Source: Candidatus Cloacimonadales bacterium
Lineage (GTDB): Bacteria; Cloacimonadota; Cloacimonadia; Cloacimonadales; JAIOQZ01
Assembly (NCBI GenBank): GCA_963662655.2
Contig: CAXXTU010000002.1
Span: forward strand, 1,440,001-1,504,000
Reading direction: 5' to 3'
DNA length: 64,000 nucleotides
The notes beneath the pieces were generated by a model. That model was not told the origin of the DNA, searched no databases, and was given only the letters and a program-made list of their open reading frames with translations. Positions within the stretch are counted from its first letter, which is position 1. The number at the start of each line of letters is the position of its first letter. The position numbers and the translations under genes were made by a program. Positions 9,895-20,029 of this stretch are shown one piece after another.

Positions 9895-11028
9895 TTAACG
9901 AAATTCCGGTGTAAGGTGCGGAATTACGATAAAAAATTCAGTTCCGCTATCTTCGGAAGAGGTAAAGCCGACTTTTCCGGCGAGATATCTTTCCGTAAGA
10001 AGCTTGATGCTATACGTGCCAAACCCGCGCCCGGACTCCTTCGTCGAAAAGGATGGCTGAAAGAGCTGATAGCGTACATTCTCTGGAATCACTTCGGGAT
10101 TGTACACGCTGATGCGTGTCTTGTCCTCGACATCTTTACAACCTATTTTCACAAGCCCGTTCCCGGCTTCCAGCGCGTTTTTCACCATATTGAACATCAC
10201 GCGAACCAATAGCGTCTTATCCGTATAGATGGCAACATCTTCAAAATCGGGCTCGATCATGATCACGCGCTTGTTGAAACGCTGGTAGTTGCGAATGTGC
10301 TTGAGAACCTCGTCGATGAGGCTTTTCGCGTTGAATTTATAAGGCTCCACTTCCAGTTCATCCTGCTCCGCAAGCACGAGCTGGCGCTGAATCTGTATCT
10401 CTTCGATCAATCGTTTGGCTGTAAGTGGTAGAGCGTCTTTTATCTCTTGAAAATAAGGTGTATTCTCATCTTCATCGAAAACCAGATCGATGCCTGATGA
10501 GACCGCGTATGCGGTGTTGAGGACGTCATGGAAGAATATCCTCTCCAGCGCCGTTCTTCTCACCTTCGAGCTATTATCTTCCACACTAAGAATGTTGAGA
10601 TTATATCCATTCACTTCCAGCTTGGAAGAGGTTATCTTCAGGTTGAGCGCGTCGTCGATATCCCCCTTGCGTACCAGGAGCCTGCAATCCTGCGTCGTCG
10701 CAACACCACCGATGCTCGAAACAAGCGTCTTCATCGCTCCGCAATACCGGCAGTACTTCGTCGAACCGCAGTTCATCTGCTCGTTGATGACATGCTGGCA
10801 ACCGAACAGCTCGCCGAAATATTTACCAATGACCCTTTCGCGATCCTTTAAATCGATTTGATCGAGCAAAGCTTGATTCGCATACACAACCAAACGATCC
10901 TGATCGATGATCACAACGGGGATCGGCATCGCGTCGAGTGATACGCACAGAATTTCGTTGGAACAAATCGCCCGGTATTTCTCCATGATTTCGGTTCCTT
11001 CCGTTTGCTCTTTTTCAACTGTTTGCAC
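9895..11028 (-). CDS. PAS-domain sensor histidine kinase
   Basis: PAS-like N-terminus with a Cys cluster (FGC...CGSTKYCRYCG); H-box FFHDVLN; N-box NMVKNALEA; G-box STKESGRGFGTYS. Confidence 0.9.
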   Translation of the reverse strand: MQTVEKEQTEGTEIMEKYRAICSNEILCVSLDAMPIPVVIIDQDRLVVYANQALLDQIDLKDRERVIGKYFGELFGCQHVINEQMNCGSTKYCRYCGAMKTLVSSIGGVATTQDCRLLVRKGDIDDALNLKITSSKLEVNGYNLNILSVEDNSSKVRRTALERIFFHDVLNTAYAVSSGIDLVFDEDENTPYFQEIKDALPLTAKRLIEEIQIQRQLVLAEQDELEVEPYKFNAKSLIDEVLKHIRNYQRFNKRVIMIEPDFEDVAIYTDKTLLVRVMFNMVKNALEAGNGLVKIGCKDVEDKTRISVYNPEVIPENVRYQLFQPSFSTKESGRGFGTYSIKLLTERYLAGKVGFTSSEDSGTEFFIVIPHLTPEFR

Positions 11029-11040
11029 TGAGTGGCTCCA

Positions 11041-12027
11041 TTATTCCTTTATCTCGGCGATCAGCTTTTGGATCACGTCGCGAGCTCGTAAGCCTTCAGC
11101 CTCTGCGGTGAAAGAGATTACCATACGGTGCTGTAGAACGATCTCCGCTACGCGAATCACATCCTCAACCGACGGAGAGGGGCGGTTCTGCAAGGCTGCC
11201 CTTGTTTTGGCAGCCAGAATCAGGTACTGCGAAGCGCGAGGCCCAGCACCCCAATTGACCCATCTCTGAATGAATTCGGGGGCGTCCTCCGACTTCGGTC
11301 GGGTAGCGCGAGCCAACCGCACAGCGAAATTCAGGACGTGGTCGCTTACCGGCAGAATGCGGACGGCTTTCTGAATCTCGCGAATCTCCGCACCGTTCAT
11401 CACCGGCTTAACTTCTTTCATCTCGATCGAAGTTGTCGATCGAACGATCTCTTTCTCTTCCTCGAGGCTTGGATAATCGATGTTGATATTGAACATGAAA
11501 CGGTCCAACTGCGCCTCGGGAAGCGGGTAGGTTCCTTCCTGCTCGATGGGATTCTGGGTTGCCAGAACCAGAAACGGTTTCTCCAGCGCGAACGTCTGGT
11601 TTCCGGCCGTCACCTGATACTCCTGCATCGCCTGGAGGAGGGCTGCCTGCGTTTTGGGCGGCGTACGGTTGATTTCATCGGCCAGAATGATGTTCGCGAA
11701 AATCGGTCCCTTTATATATTCGAAATATCGCTTGCCGTCCGCTTTGTTTTCCGCGAGAATATCCGTTCCCGTGATATCGGAAGGCATCAAATCCGGCGTA
11801 AACTGGATGCGGTTGAACTTCAGATCGAGAATCCTTGCCAGCGTTGAGACCATCAGGGTCTTCGCCAGTCCCGGAACGCCCTCGATGAGACAGTGACCAC
11901 CCGCAAACAGGGCAATGAGTATTTCCTCGACAATGCGCTGCTGACCGACGATGACTTCGCCGATTTCGTTTTCTACTTTCTTTCGGGCATCCGCGAGCTT
12001 TTCCAACAACTTCACATGATTATCCAT
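11041..12027 (-). CDS. MoxR family AAA+ ATPase
   Basis: EGVPGLAKT, RIQFTPDLMPSDITG, ADEINRTPPKTQAALL and ATQNPIEQEGTYPLPEAQLDRF. Confidence 0.95.
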   Translation of the reverse strand: MDNHVKLLEKLADARKKVENEIGEVIVGQQRIVEEILIALFAGGHCLIEGVPGLAKTLMVSTLARILDLKFNRIQFTPDLMPSDITGTDILAENKADGKRYFEYIKGPIFANIILADEINRTPPKTQAALLQAMQEYQVTAGNQTFALEKPFLVLATQNPIEQEGTYPLPEAQLDRFMFNINIDYPSLEEEKEIVRSTTSIEMKEVKPVMNGAEIREIQKAVRILPVSDHVLNFAVRLARATRPKSEDAPEFIQRWVNWGAGPRASQYLILAAKTRAALQNRPSPSVEDVIRVAEIVLQHRMVISFTAEAEGLRARDVIQKLIAEIKE

Positions 12028-12158
12028 AATAAAATTATACCTTTCCTTTGCGCTAGCCGCAACTAATAAAATTTTCCGATTGAAATGCCGTTATTCCGAT
12101 CGATGAGAAATCGGAAAATCTTTCAGGAGAACAATTTCTACCACTATTGAAGCACATG

Positions 12159-13019
12159 CTATTGACGTTTCAAAGTGGAAACTGTATGATTATCTTTCAA
12201 ATATAAAACATATCGGTGGTGCGCCCAGAAGCGTTTGACAATCCACGGAGCCAAACGTTCGAACCAGGCGTACCGAAGCATTTTCTCTTCAAACAAGGGA
12301 TCCTTTCCCGAGAAAAAATCGAGAATAGTAATCGGTTCCGGTTTCTCTTCCTTCACCAGGAAGCCAAGCCCGAACTTCTGCAGAAACTTCGCCTTGGGCA
12401 TCCCGATATCGGGCCAGGGTGGGCAATCGATGAAATTCCTGTCAACCGGCGTCCATCCAAGCTTTTTCATAATGGGATCGAACGTCCGGGGCTTGATGTG
12501 ATCTTCCTTCAGATAACGCTTCAGGTCGTCCTTGCCGCCGTACTTCTGGCTCAGGTATCCCACGCCCCAGCGATTGGGTACGCACAGCATGACAGCCTTG
12601 GCCGTCACGCGAGAAATTTCGGCCAAGAACGCTTCTATATCCTCAACGAACCAAAGGGCGGAGAAGTTCCATGAAACATCGAATGCGCCATCCTCGAAAG
12701 GGAGTTTTGAATAATGCATCGTCTCGCAGACCTCAACATCGAGATCGAGATTCTTCCATACTCCGCGAATAAGTTCCGCGCGCTCGGAATCGTGATCCAC
12801 GATCGTGATGTCGAATCCGGCTCTGGCAAGCGCCATGCTGTTGATCCCCGAGGTTCCGGTAAATCCGAACGAAGGCGCTTCGAGCACCCGTTTCGCGCGG
12901 ACATTCCGGCAGATGCTCTCGATCTTGTGATTGAGAATCACGCGCTCATAGGAAGAGCCCAGGCCTTCATCGGGATCGGTGAAATATTTTTTCCAGAGAT
13001 GCAGAATGGGGATTGCCAT
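12159..13019 (-). CDS. Class I SAM-dependent methyltransferase family protein
   Basis: VLEAP motif I region, ITIVD, LPFEDGAFDVSWN and LCVPN; last gene of the GGGPS operon. Confidence 0.75.
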   Translation of the reverse strand: MAIPILHLWKKYFTDPDEGLGSSYERVILNHKIESICRNVRAKRVLEAPSFGFTGTSGINSMALARAGFDITIVDHDSERAELIRGVWKNLDLDVEVCETMHYSKLPFEDGAFDVSWNFSALWFVEDIEAFLAEISRVTAKAVMLCVPNRWGVGYLSQKYGGKDDLKRYLKEDHIKPRTFDPIMKKLGWTPVDRNFIDCPPWPDIGMPKAKFLQKFGLGFLVKEEKPEPITILDFFSGKDPLFEEKMLRYAWFERLAPWIVKRFWAHHRYVLYLKDNHTVSTLKRQ

Positions 13020-13021
13020 GA

Positions 13022-13999
13022 TCAGCCTTTCTTGTAAAATTCGATAACGCTTTTAATCCCAACCAGCGTCTTGGCGTGCTTCACGTTGAATACCTGAAAA
13101 GTCCTTTCCACATCGTAGAACCATGAGCACGAGATCAGGCGAAAACGCGCAAGCCAGAGATCGCTTTTAAACAACAGTGCAATCCGCTCGCCCAGCTCAA
13201 ACCACCTCTTCGAGATCAGGCGATTTCTCGGGTACGGCTTCCCGTGCAGCCGCTCGCTGATCTCGTCCACAAGCTCCAGCAACGAGACAGGATGGCGATC
13301 GGCCACGATGAAGGCGGATCCGGGGGTCATTTCCGTATCCAGGGTCTTGACGAACACGTCTGCCAGGACGTTCACGTCCGTCAGGTGAATACGCACGCTG
13401 CGCTTGGGCAGGAAGAGAAGCTTCTTGTCCACCAGCTTTGTGAGCGTGTATGGAAAACCGTAGTCGCCCGGGCCATAGGTGATGGAGGGGCGGACGATAT
13501 AGCCGTCCAGACCTTCGAGAGCCATTTTCTGAACGAGCGCTTCCGCCTCGATTTTCGTATAGTGGTAGTACCCGTCGTTTTGCCTTTCGGTCTGATCGTT
13601 GGCAGGCAATTCGTTGGGAATCGCGCCGAAAACGCCGACCGACGAGCAGAAAACGAAGCGAGCTTTGGTTCGAAAAGCCGCGTCGATCAACTGCTCGGTT
13701 GCCAGGACGTTGGCAGCGTAATATTTCTTCTTGGGGAAATTTCTGCCTCCGCGAATGGCCCCGATATGCAGAATCGCGTCGAATGTACTATCCTGAAGGA
13801 ACTTCTTCAGCGCCGGGATATCGGAAAGGTCGATTTCGACGATCTCCATGTGCCCTTTCAAAGCTTCCAGACGCTTCGCCGATGTTCCGGGCCTGACGAT
13901 CCCGACAAGATCGAGCTTGCGGGGAAACAGCCTGGTGGCAACCTGTCGTCCGACAAAGCCGGTTGCGCCGGTTATCAAAACACGATTTATCTTTTCCAT
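13022..13999 (-). CDS. NAD-dependent epimerase/dehydratase (extended SDR)
   Basis: ITGATGFVG, FCSSVGVFG, YHYTK (YxxxK) and RPSITYGPGD. Confidence 0.9.
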   Translation of the reverse strand: MEKINRVLITGATGFVGRQVATRLFPRKLDLVGIVRPGTSAKRLEALKGHMEIVEIDLSDIPALKKFLQDSTFDAILHIGAIRGGRNFPKKKYYAANVLATEQLIDAAFRTKARFVFCSSVGVFGAIPNELPANDQTERQNDGYYHYTKIEAEALVQKMALEGLDGYIVRPSITYGPGDYGFPYTLTKLVDKKLLFLPKRSVRIHLTDVNVLADVFVKTLDTEMTPGSAFIVADRHPVSLLELVDEISERLHGKPYPRNRLISKRWFELGERIALLFKSDLWLARFRLISCSWFYDVERTFQVFNVKHAKTLVGIKSVIEFYKKG

Positions 14000-14784
14000 A
14001 AGAAATCCAGCATTTTCTTGAATGAGCTTCGGTTGTCGTCCTCGTTGATCTCGGCAGTGCTCAGGTAGAAGTAATCGATCTCCTCGTTGTTGAGCATCTT
14101 GCGAGGATTGATCCTGGTCAGAAGCTCCGCGGTGTATTCATCGTAGCGTTCCGTGATCAACTCGACAGCCTGCTGCATGGAGTTCGTTTCCGACCGACCG
14201 TGATGATCGGAAGCCAAGAAATGGGCGTAACCCTGTTCAATCAGCGCCCACGCAGTACGCTCGACGTTGTTTCCGTATCCGCCCAGCAAACTTCCGGCGT
14301 TGATTTGCATGTAAACGTTCCGGTAGAGGAGGTCTTCCGCCATGGGGATGTTATTCTGTATATTCATGTAGCGCTCGGGATGCGCGAGAATCGGCTTGTA
14401 GCCGTTGCGGACGAGGTCGTATAGCGCTTGAATGAAAAACTGCGGGAATCCGTTCATGCTGGACTCGACCAGCACGTATTTCGTGTCGCCCATCAGGAGG
14501 CGATCTTCTTTGATCTCTTTCAGGATATCGCTCTCCAGCATAATTTCGGAGCCCAGGTGAAACTGCATTTCGATGCCTGCGTCATTGACGGCTTTCTTGA
14601 GCTCGGGAAGGAGCGCTTCCAGTTTCGAGCGGGGATTTACATAGCTTCCACGCATGTAGTGCGGTGTGAGAACAATCTCGGTAATTCCTGCATCGGCAGC
14701 CGCTTTCACTGCCGCCACGGATACTTCGAGATCGGGAGAACCATCGTCGATACCCGGAGCGATATGGGTATGGATATCAATCAT
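13987..14784 (-). CDS. CpsB/CapC (YwqE-like) PHP-family tyrosine-protein phosphatase
   Basis: MIDIHTHIAPGIDDGS, LTPHY, ILAHPERY and ASDHH; the ATG overlaps the GGGPS stop (ATGA). Confidence 0.9.
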   Translation of the reverse strand: MIDIHTHIAPGIDDGSPDLEVSVAAVKAAADAGITEIVLTPHYMRGSYVNPRSKLEALLPELKKAVNDAGIEMQFHLGSEIMLESDILKEIKEDRLLMGDTKYVLVESSMNGFPQFFIQALYDLVRNGYKPILAHPERYMNIQNNIPMAEDLLYRNVYMQINAGSLLGGYGNNVERTAWALIEQGYAHFLASDHHGRSETNSMQQAVELITERYDEYTAELLTRINPRKMLNNEEIDYFYLSTAEINEDDNRSSFKKMLDFLWKR

Positions 14785-15533
14785 CGCCAAACACCATGGA
14801 TCGCGTCGGCGAATTCGCGCACCAGGCTCATATCTTTGCGATCCTCGATGACCGTTCCCGTCACGATATAATCTGCGCCTGCCTCGGCGAGCTTGATCGC
14901 TGTTTGCGGGTCTCTGATTCCGCCACCGATGATGATCGGCAGTTCCACCGCTTCCCTGACGGCCTTGATCATGTCCGCCTCGATCGGCTGCTGCGCGCCG
15001 CTACCTGCGTCCATGTATATGACCTTCATCCCGAGATACTGCGCCGCTAGCGCATGCGCTACCGCGATATCCGGTTTGCTTCTTGGAATTGGTATGCTAT
15101 GACTCATGTACTGCACGGAGGTTAGCTTGCCCGATTCGATCACCATGTATCCTGTTCCGATCACTTCCAGGTTGCACGAGCGGATCAGCGGCGCTGCCCG
15201 GACTTGCTCTCCGATCAGCATCTGTGGATTTCTGCTCGATATCATGCTCAGGAGCAAGAGCGCGTCGGCGTGCTTCGATACGAAATTGAAGATCCCCGGG
15301 AATATCAGAACGGGGATATCGACCGCCCGTCGGATTTTCTTCAGCGACTCCTCGAAATTGTCGTGGATCATCAGGCTGCCGCCCACTAGAAGTGCGTCCG
15401 CGCCGCTTTCAGCGCAGTTTACCGCAAGCTCGACCGTCTGTTTCACGTCGAATCGATCGGGGTCGATCAGGCAGAAGTATCCTGCGCGTTCCTGTGAATG
15501 CTTTACCAGTCTGTTATATATTTTCTTCTTCAC
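14781..15533 (-). CDS. Geranylgeranylglyceryl phosphate (GGGP) synthase, group II-like
   Basis: LIDPD, LVGGS, PVLIFPG, LSMISSRNPQMLIGEQV, YMDAGSGA and IGGGIR..AGAD..VTG motifs of the GGGPS/PcrB TIM barrel. Confidence 0.9.
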   Translation of the reverse strand: MKKKIYNRLVKHSQERAGYFCLIDPDRFDVKQTVELAVNCAESGADALLVGGSLMIHDNFEESLKKIRRAVDIPVLIFPGIFNFVSKHADALLLLSMISSRNPQMLIGEQVRAAPLIRSCNLEVIGTGYMVIESGKLTSVQYMSHSIPIPRSKPDIAVAHALAAQYLGMKVIYMDAGSGAQQPIEADMIKAVREAVELPIIIGGGIRDPQTAIKLAEAGADYIVTGTVIEDRKDMSLVREFADAIHGVWR

Positions 15534-15707
15534 ATCTGTCTCCTGTGAGTACTACGTACATCATTTCCATTAATAACCTTATATGTCCATATCCCGTTTC
15601 AGGGTTTGTTTGTCAATCTACTTCTGCTGCAATCTACTATTTAGCTTTGCACTCAGAGACTTCCGGCACCAAACGAGCAGCAATCCCCGAGATGTAAGCC
15701 CGAACCA

Positions 15708-15829
15708 GCGGCGGGGCGGCGTGTGCGCTCCGCGCACTTACCCATTTGGAAACAGCTTCCGATCCGGAATCTGTTTTCAAATGGGCAGAAGCCTCGCCGA
15801 AGGCGATGGCTTCAACGCCGCCCCGCCGC
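15708..15829 (+). repeat. Four-way-junction structured element, copy 1 (candidate ncRNA motif or non-autonomous REP/MITE-like element)
   Basis: Perfect 15-bp closing stem 15708-15722/15815-15829 enclosing three hairpins (15723-15737, 15741-15785, 15788-15813). Same architecture as 21017-21207. Confidence 0.7.
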
Positions 15830-15962
15830 GGCAAGCGCGTAAACCAACGCTGGATAAGCGGGGTCGTGGAGCCACCGTCATCCCGGGTGAACACCTGGTC
15901 ATTGAAGAAACGCATTGACACCCAGACCGCACTCCGTGTAGTTTTCATTCTGGGTAAATGAA

Positions 15963-16738
15963 ATGATACCAAAAAAGAAATGGGGCCAGAACTTCCTCAA
16001 CGATCCGAACATCGCGCGCAAGATCGCGGCGATGGCGGAGCTCGATCCTGCAGATCATGTGTGGGAGATCGGGCCGGGCAAAGGCATACTGACGCAGGCG
16101 ATTCTTTCGCATTGCGAGAATCTGACAGCATTCGAGATCGATCCTGAGTTGCAGGAGTACCTGCCGGGCATCTTCTCCGGGCATGAGCAATTCCGGATTG
16201 TCGCTGGGGATATCCTGCGGGTCGATTGGACGCAATACTTGCATCCGCAGACGGTTGTGATATCCAATCTCCCCTACCAGATCACATCACCGTTTTTGTT
16301 CCGTCTGGCAGAGCATTATACGCAAGTCAAGCGATCCGTCCTCATGATCCAGAAAGAGGTCGCAGACCGCATCGTCGCGAAGCCGAACACGAAGGAATAT
16401 GGGATTCTCAGCGTAAAATTGAACCTCGTTTTTACCATTGAGCGGTTGTTCAACGTCGAACCGCATCTCTTCTACCCGCCGCCCAAGGTACGCTCCAGCG
16501 TTATCAGGCTCCGACCACGCCACGACGCGCCGGTTATTGACGATATGGCCCTCATGTACCGCTTGATCGATACCTGCTTCCACTCGCGCAGAAAAACGCT
16601 GCGCAACAACCTGAAAAACATGGTCAGCGATGAGATGCTCCCCTGATCGAAGAAACCACAGACCTTTCCCGAAGAGGAGAATCGCTTGCAGAAGAAGATT
16701 TTATACGTCTGTATCGCGTTATTGCCGATAATCGGTAG
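15963..16738 (+). CDS. rsmA: 16S rRNA m6,2A1518/1519 dimethyltransferase, apparently frameshifted near the C-terminus
   Basis: KKWGQNFL, EIGPGKG, SNLPYQIT, MIQKEVA and PPPKVRS. Frame 0 stops at 16646; the -1 frame continues LIEETTDLSRRGESLAEEDFIRLY to TAG 16738, which is the usual KsgA C-terminus. Confidence 0.9.
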
Positions 16739-18455
16739 CCTCTTCTCTTCGGAAATCGAATTCAACACCCAAGCCGAAAGCTATCGCAAGACCTTCGAGT
16801 GGTCCAACGCGCTGAGCTACAGATACAATTTTCTCAACAATTGGCAAACATACTACCAGGGAGAATTCCAGTCGGAAAACGACGACACCTTCGATCGCGA
16901 TAACTCGATGGCGCTTTTTACCTGGGGCGTGACAAGAAACGCAGGCTGGCTCAGACCCTCGATCCTGTTCGACAGCCGCCTCTCCAAAGAGGAAGGATCG
17001 CTTGAGGCCGGAGACTACAGACTGGAAGAAAATCGCTACGGAGCAGGACTCATGCTGGGCGTTTACCCAATCGAGTCCATTGCCCTGTCCAGCAAGCTCC
17101 GCTACTTGAAACTGGAGGAAGAGTACAACCAGTACGGCGACAAGCTCGACGAGAACAACGACGGTTACGAAAGCGACAACTTACTGTCCTTCGCCCAGGA
17201 TTTTGGCTGGCACAATTTCCAGCTCGATTCCCACTACCGGCTCAATCAGGTGACCAATGACGAGGATCGAAATTACTCCCTGAACACCCGATGGGACATG
17301 ACGCTCCCCAATCAATCCCTGACCGCACAGGTCAGCTGGGACGGCGTCCAGGACGAAATCAACAAGCTCTCGTCGACAACCGATACACAGAAGAGAGATA
17401 TTTTCTCCGGGGACGTCGACTACCGGTTCTCGATATTCTCCATCGAACAGATTAAACTCGGCACGGATTACAGGCAGGTGAAAAATCGTTTCGACCAGAT
17501 TACAACGAAGAATTACGATGAGACCAACAAGTCCTTGCGCCTGGGATTCACATACCCTATGAGCCGTTTCAGATTCGAGATCAACTCGATGCGGGAGCTC
17601 AACGAAAAGGATTACCAGTCGGGAATCAATACACTGGACACCGATTACCGCGAATTCGAAGCCACGATTCACTATTCGATCACGGAACGGGACTCCATGG
17701 TCTTCTATCGCTCCATTAACCTGCGACAGACCGATGCGCCAAAGGCGAGTATACGTACAGACAACGACCGGCTTCAGGAGCGCATGAATATAGGTATGTA
17801 CTATTATCTCTACGATCGCGTTCACACATCGACCCTGTTCTACGTCCTGCGTACGGAACAGGTTTACCTTTACCGCGAAATGTCGGGAAACAATCGCGTT
17901 ACCACCAGCTACAACCTGCAACCGGAGATATCCATCGCATACGGCAACCGGTTCCAGGTCAGACAGTTCTACGCCATCCGGGCCGATTACGAGGATTATG
18001 AGTGGTCGGAGCTCCATACAGACCATTTCTATCGTCGCCTGGAAGCCGGCGTACAATTCATTTACGATGAATCCCCTGACATGCAAGTAGCATCCGAGAA
18101 CAAATGGGGACATCTCCACTTGAATCGAACGGTTGAGCATCCATTCACAGCAATCCTGGGATACGAATACGAGAACTCCGCTTCCGGAGACAAGGAAGAC
18201 GATTACTACAACATCACGCTCGAACGTGAGAATCACGAGATATCCCTCGAAATGATCGAGACGTGGGACTTCTTCTCGCTACGATCATTATCGATCATAT
18301 CCTGGTCGACTTTTACCGAAATCCAGCAACGTATCGAGCTTGACTTCTTCCTTTCGGACTTTTCTTACGCCTCCTTCAGTATCCATCCAGTATCAAGGGA
18401 TTTCGAGGAACCTGAATGGAAATTAAACTTTGACATCTCCATGGCATTACAGTAA
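16686..18455 (+). CDS. Putative outer-membrane beta-barrel protein
   Basis: Signal peptide after GAGGAG SD; 589 aa of alternating Tyr/Phe-rich amphipathic strands. Confidence 0.6.
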   Translation: MQKKILYVCIALLPIIGSLFSSEIEFNTQAESYRKTFEWSNALSYRYNFLNNWQTYYQGEFQSENDDTFDRDNSMALFTWGVTRNAGWLRPSILFDSRLSKEEGSLEAGDYRLEENRYGAGLMLGVYPIESIALSSKLRYLKLEEEYNQYGDKLDENNDGYESDNLLSFAQDFGWHNFQLDSHYRLNQVTNDEDRNYSLNTRWDMTLPNQSLTAQVSWDGVQDEINKLSSTTDTQKRDIFSGDVDYRFSIFSIEQIKLGTDYRQVKNRFDQITTKNYDETNKSLRLGFTYPMSRFRFEINSMRELNEKDYQSGINTLDTDYREFEATIHYSITERDSMVFYRSINLRQTDAPKASIRTDNDRLQERMNIGMYYYLYDRVHTSTLFYVLRTEQVYLYREMSGNNRVTTSYNLQPEISIAYGNRFQVRQFYAIRADYEDYEWSELHTDHFYRRLEAGVQFIYDESPDMQVASENKWGHLHLNRTVEHPFTAILGYEYENSASGDKEDDYYNITLERENHEISLEMIETWDFFSLRSLSIISWSTFTEIQQRIELDFFLSDFSYASFSIHPVSRDFEEPEWKLNFDISMALQ

Positions 18456-18481
18456 TTTCACTAATATAGACGGAGTGAAAA

Positions 18482-19690
18482 ATGAAGTTCAATCTGAATA
18501 ATTTCCTGATTGCTGTTTCCATGGCGCTCGACTTTGTCGAGATGGATATCCTTGGCGCAACCGCGGACCACACCAGAAGAGTCGCCTATATTTCGCTTCG
18601 AATAGCTGAAGCGCTCGACATGACGCCAGAAGAAAAGTTCGACTTATGCTCCTTTGCCATCCTACACGACAACGGACTCAGCGAGGAAGTTCTATATTCA
18701 ACGCTGGAGATCGACAAGATCGATCGCCTGGGTAAAATGGAAGGCTATAAAGAGCACTGCAACATCGGCGAACGAAACATTGTCGATTACCCGTTTCTCA
18801 CCGAAAACCGGGATATTGTCCGCTACCATCATGAGGGCTTCAGCGGGAAAGGCTTCTTCGGCCTGGCTGAAGACGAGATTCCGCTCATGGCGCAGATTAT
18901 CGGATTGGCTGATTACGTGGACAATCGCTTCCATTTCGAGATACCCCCGCTTGAACATCGGCGAAAAATCATCCAATACATCGAAAGTCAGAAAGGGCGA
19001 CGTTTCTCCAGGGAGATGGTCGAATTGTTTCTCGATGTCAGCAGCAAAACCAGTTTCTGGTTCGATCTTAAGCGGCCGTTCATTTACCACGAACTCCCAA
19101 AGCTGGTTCCTCAAATCGAGTGTGATTATGATTGCGAGGAAGTGTTGAAAATCACTAGCGTCTTTTCCAGAATCATCGATTCGAAGTCAAAATTTACAGC
19201 AAGGCACTCGACCGGGCTGATCGAGAAAGCCAAAATCATGACCGAGTTCTACGGATTCGAGGCAGAGAAGAGGGGTCGGTTTGCCATAGCAGCCAGCCTG
19301 CATGATTTGGGGAAACTCGCGATCCCCAACAATATCCTCGATAAGCGGCATTCCCTCACTCTTGACGATTTCGAGATCATCAAGGCGCACACGTATTACA
19401 CGCGACAGGCCCTGCAGGAGATCACCTGTTTCGAAGACATTACCGAGTGGGCCTCGAACCATCATGAGAAGTTGAATGGGATGGGGTATCCGTACGGATT
19501 CAAGGCAGAAAGGCTTTCCTTCGAGGATCGTTTGATGAGTTGTCTGGATATATATCAGGCGCTTTCCGAGCAACGCCCCTATCGAAATCCATCTCCGCAC
19601 GAGCAGGTGATGGTGCTCATGCGGAAGATGGTAAAAAACGGTTATATCGACGGTGATATCGTTGAAGACCTCAACCGTGTCTTTGCTTGA
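18482..19690 (+). CDS. Tandem HD/HD-GYP domain phosphohydrolase (putative cyclic dinucleotide phosphodiesterase)
   Basis: Two HD modules: ILHDNG...HHEGFSGKG and SLHDLGK...HHEKLNGMGYP...RPYR. Confidence 0.9.
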   Translation: MKFNLNNFLIAVSMALDFVEMDILGATADHTRRVAYISLRIAEALDMTPEEKFDLCSFAILHDNGLSEEVLYSTLEIDKIDRLGKMEGYKEHCNIGERNIVDYPFLTENRDIVRYHHEGFSGKGFFGLAEDEIPLMAQIIGLADYVDNRFHFEIPPLEHRRKIIQYIESQKGRRFSREMVELFLDVSSKTSFWFDLKRPFIYHELPKLVPQIECDYDCEEVLKITSVFSRIIDSKSKFTARHSTGLIEKAKIMTEFYGFEAEKRGRFAIAASLHDLGKLAIPNNILDKRHSLTLDDFEIIKAHTYYTRQALQEITCFEDITEWASNHHEKLNGMGYPYGFKAERLSFEDRLMSCLDIYQALSEQRPYRNPSPHEQVMVLMRKMVKNGYIDGDIVEDLNRVFA

Positions 19691-20026
19691 TTAATGCCCG
19701 CAGGATATCGTCGGATCGTCTTTCAGTACGCCAGTGATGTACTGCTCAATGATTTCATCGAGTTCGACTTCACCAACACCGCACACAACCTTGATTCCGT
19801 TCTGCGCAAACAATTCCTTTGCTCTGGAACCCATGTTACCTGCGATGATGATATCCACGTTTTGTTCCCCGAGGAACTGCGGCAAGAGACCCGGCTGATG
19901 CGGCGGTGACGGAAGAACCTTTTTCTCTACGACTTCGTTGTTCTCGATTGTATAAAGCGTGAAATGCGGAGCGTGGCCGAAGTGGCCGCTCATTTGTCCG
20001 TTATCTGTAGGTATTGCGATCAACAT
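19691..20026 (-). CDS. NifB/NifX family Fe-Mo cofactor-binding-like protein
   Basis: SGHFGHAPHF, PPHQPGLLP and IIAGNMG; downstream of mrp. Confidence 0.9.
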   Translation of the reverse strand: MLIAIPTDNGQMSGHFGHAPHFTLYTIENNEVVEKKVLPSPPHQPGLLPQFLGEQNVDIIIAGNMGSRAKELFAQNGIKVVCGVGEVELDEIIEQYITGVLKDDPTISCGH

Positions 20027-20029
20027 AGA

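Noticed and set aside
15708..15829. Cloverleaf-like fold as a tRNA or tRNA-Sec
   Set aside because: The closing stem is 15 bp, there is no TTCRA T-loop, 7-nt anticodon loop or CCA, and the arm lengths do not fit.
15583..15972. 111-aa ORFs on both strands across element copy 1
   Set aside because: No SD or protein motifs; open frames are a by-product of the GC-rich palindromic sequence.
16644..16646. Selenocysteine read-through of the rsmA TGA
   Set aside because: The homologous continuation is in the -1 frame, not in frame.
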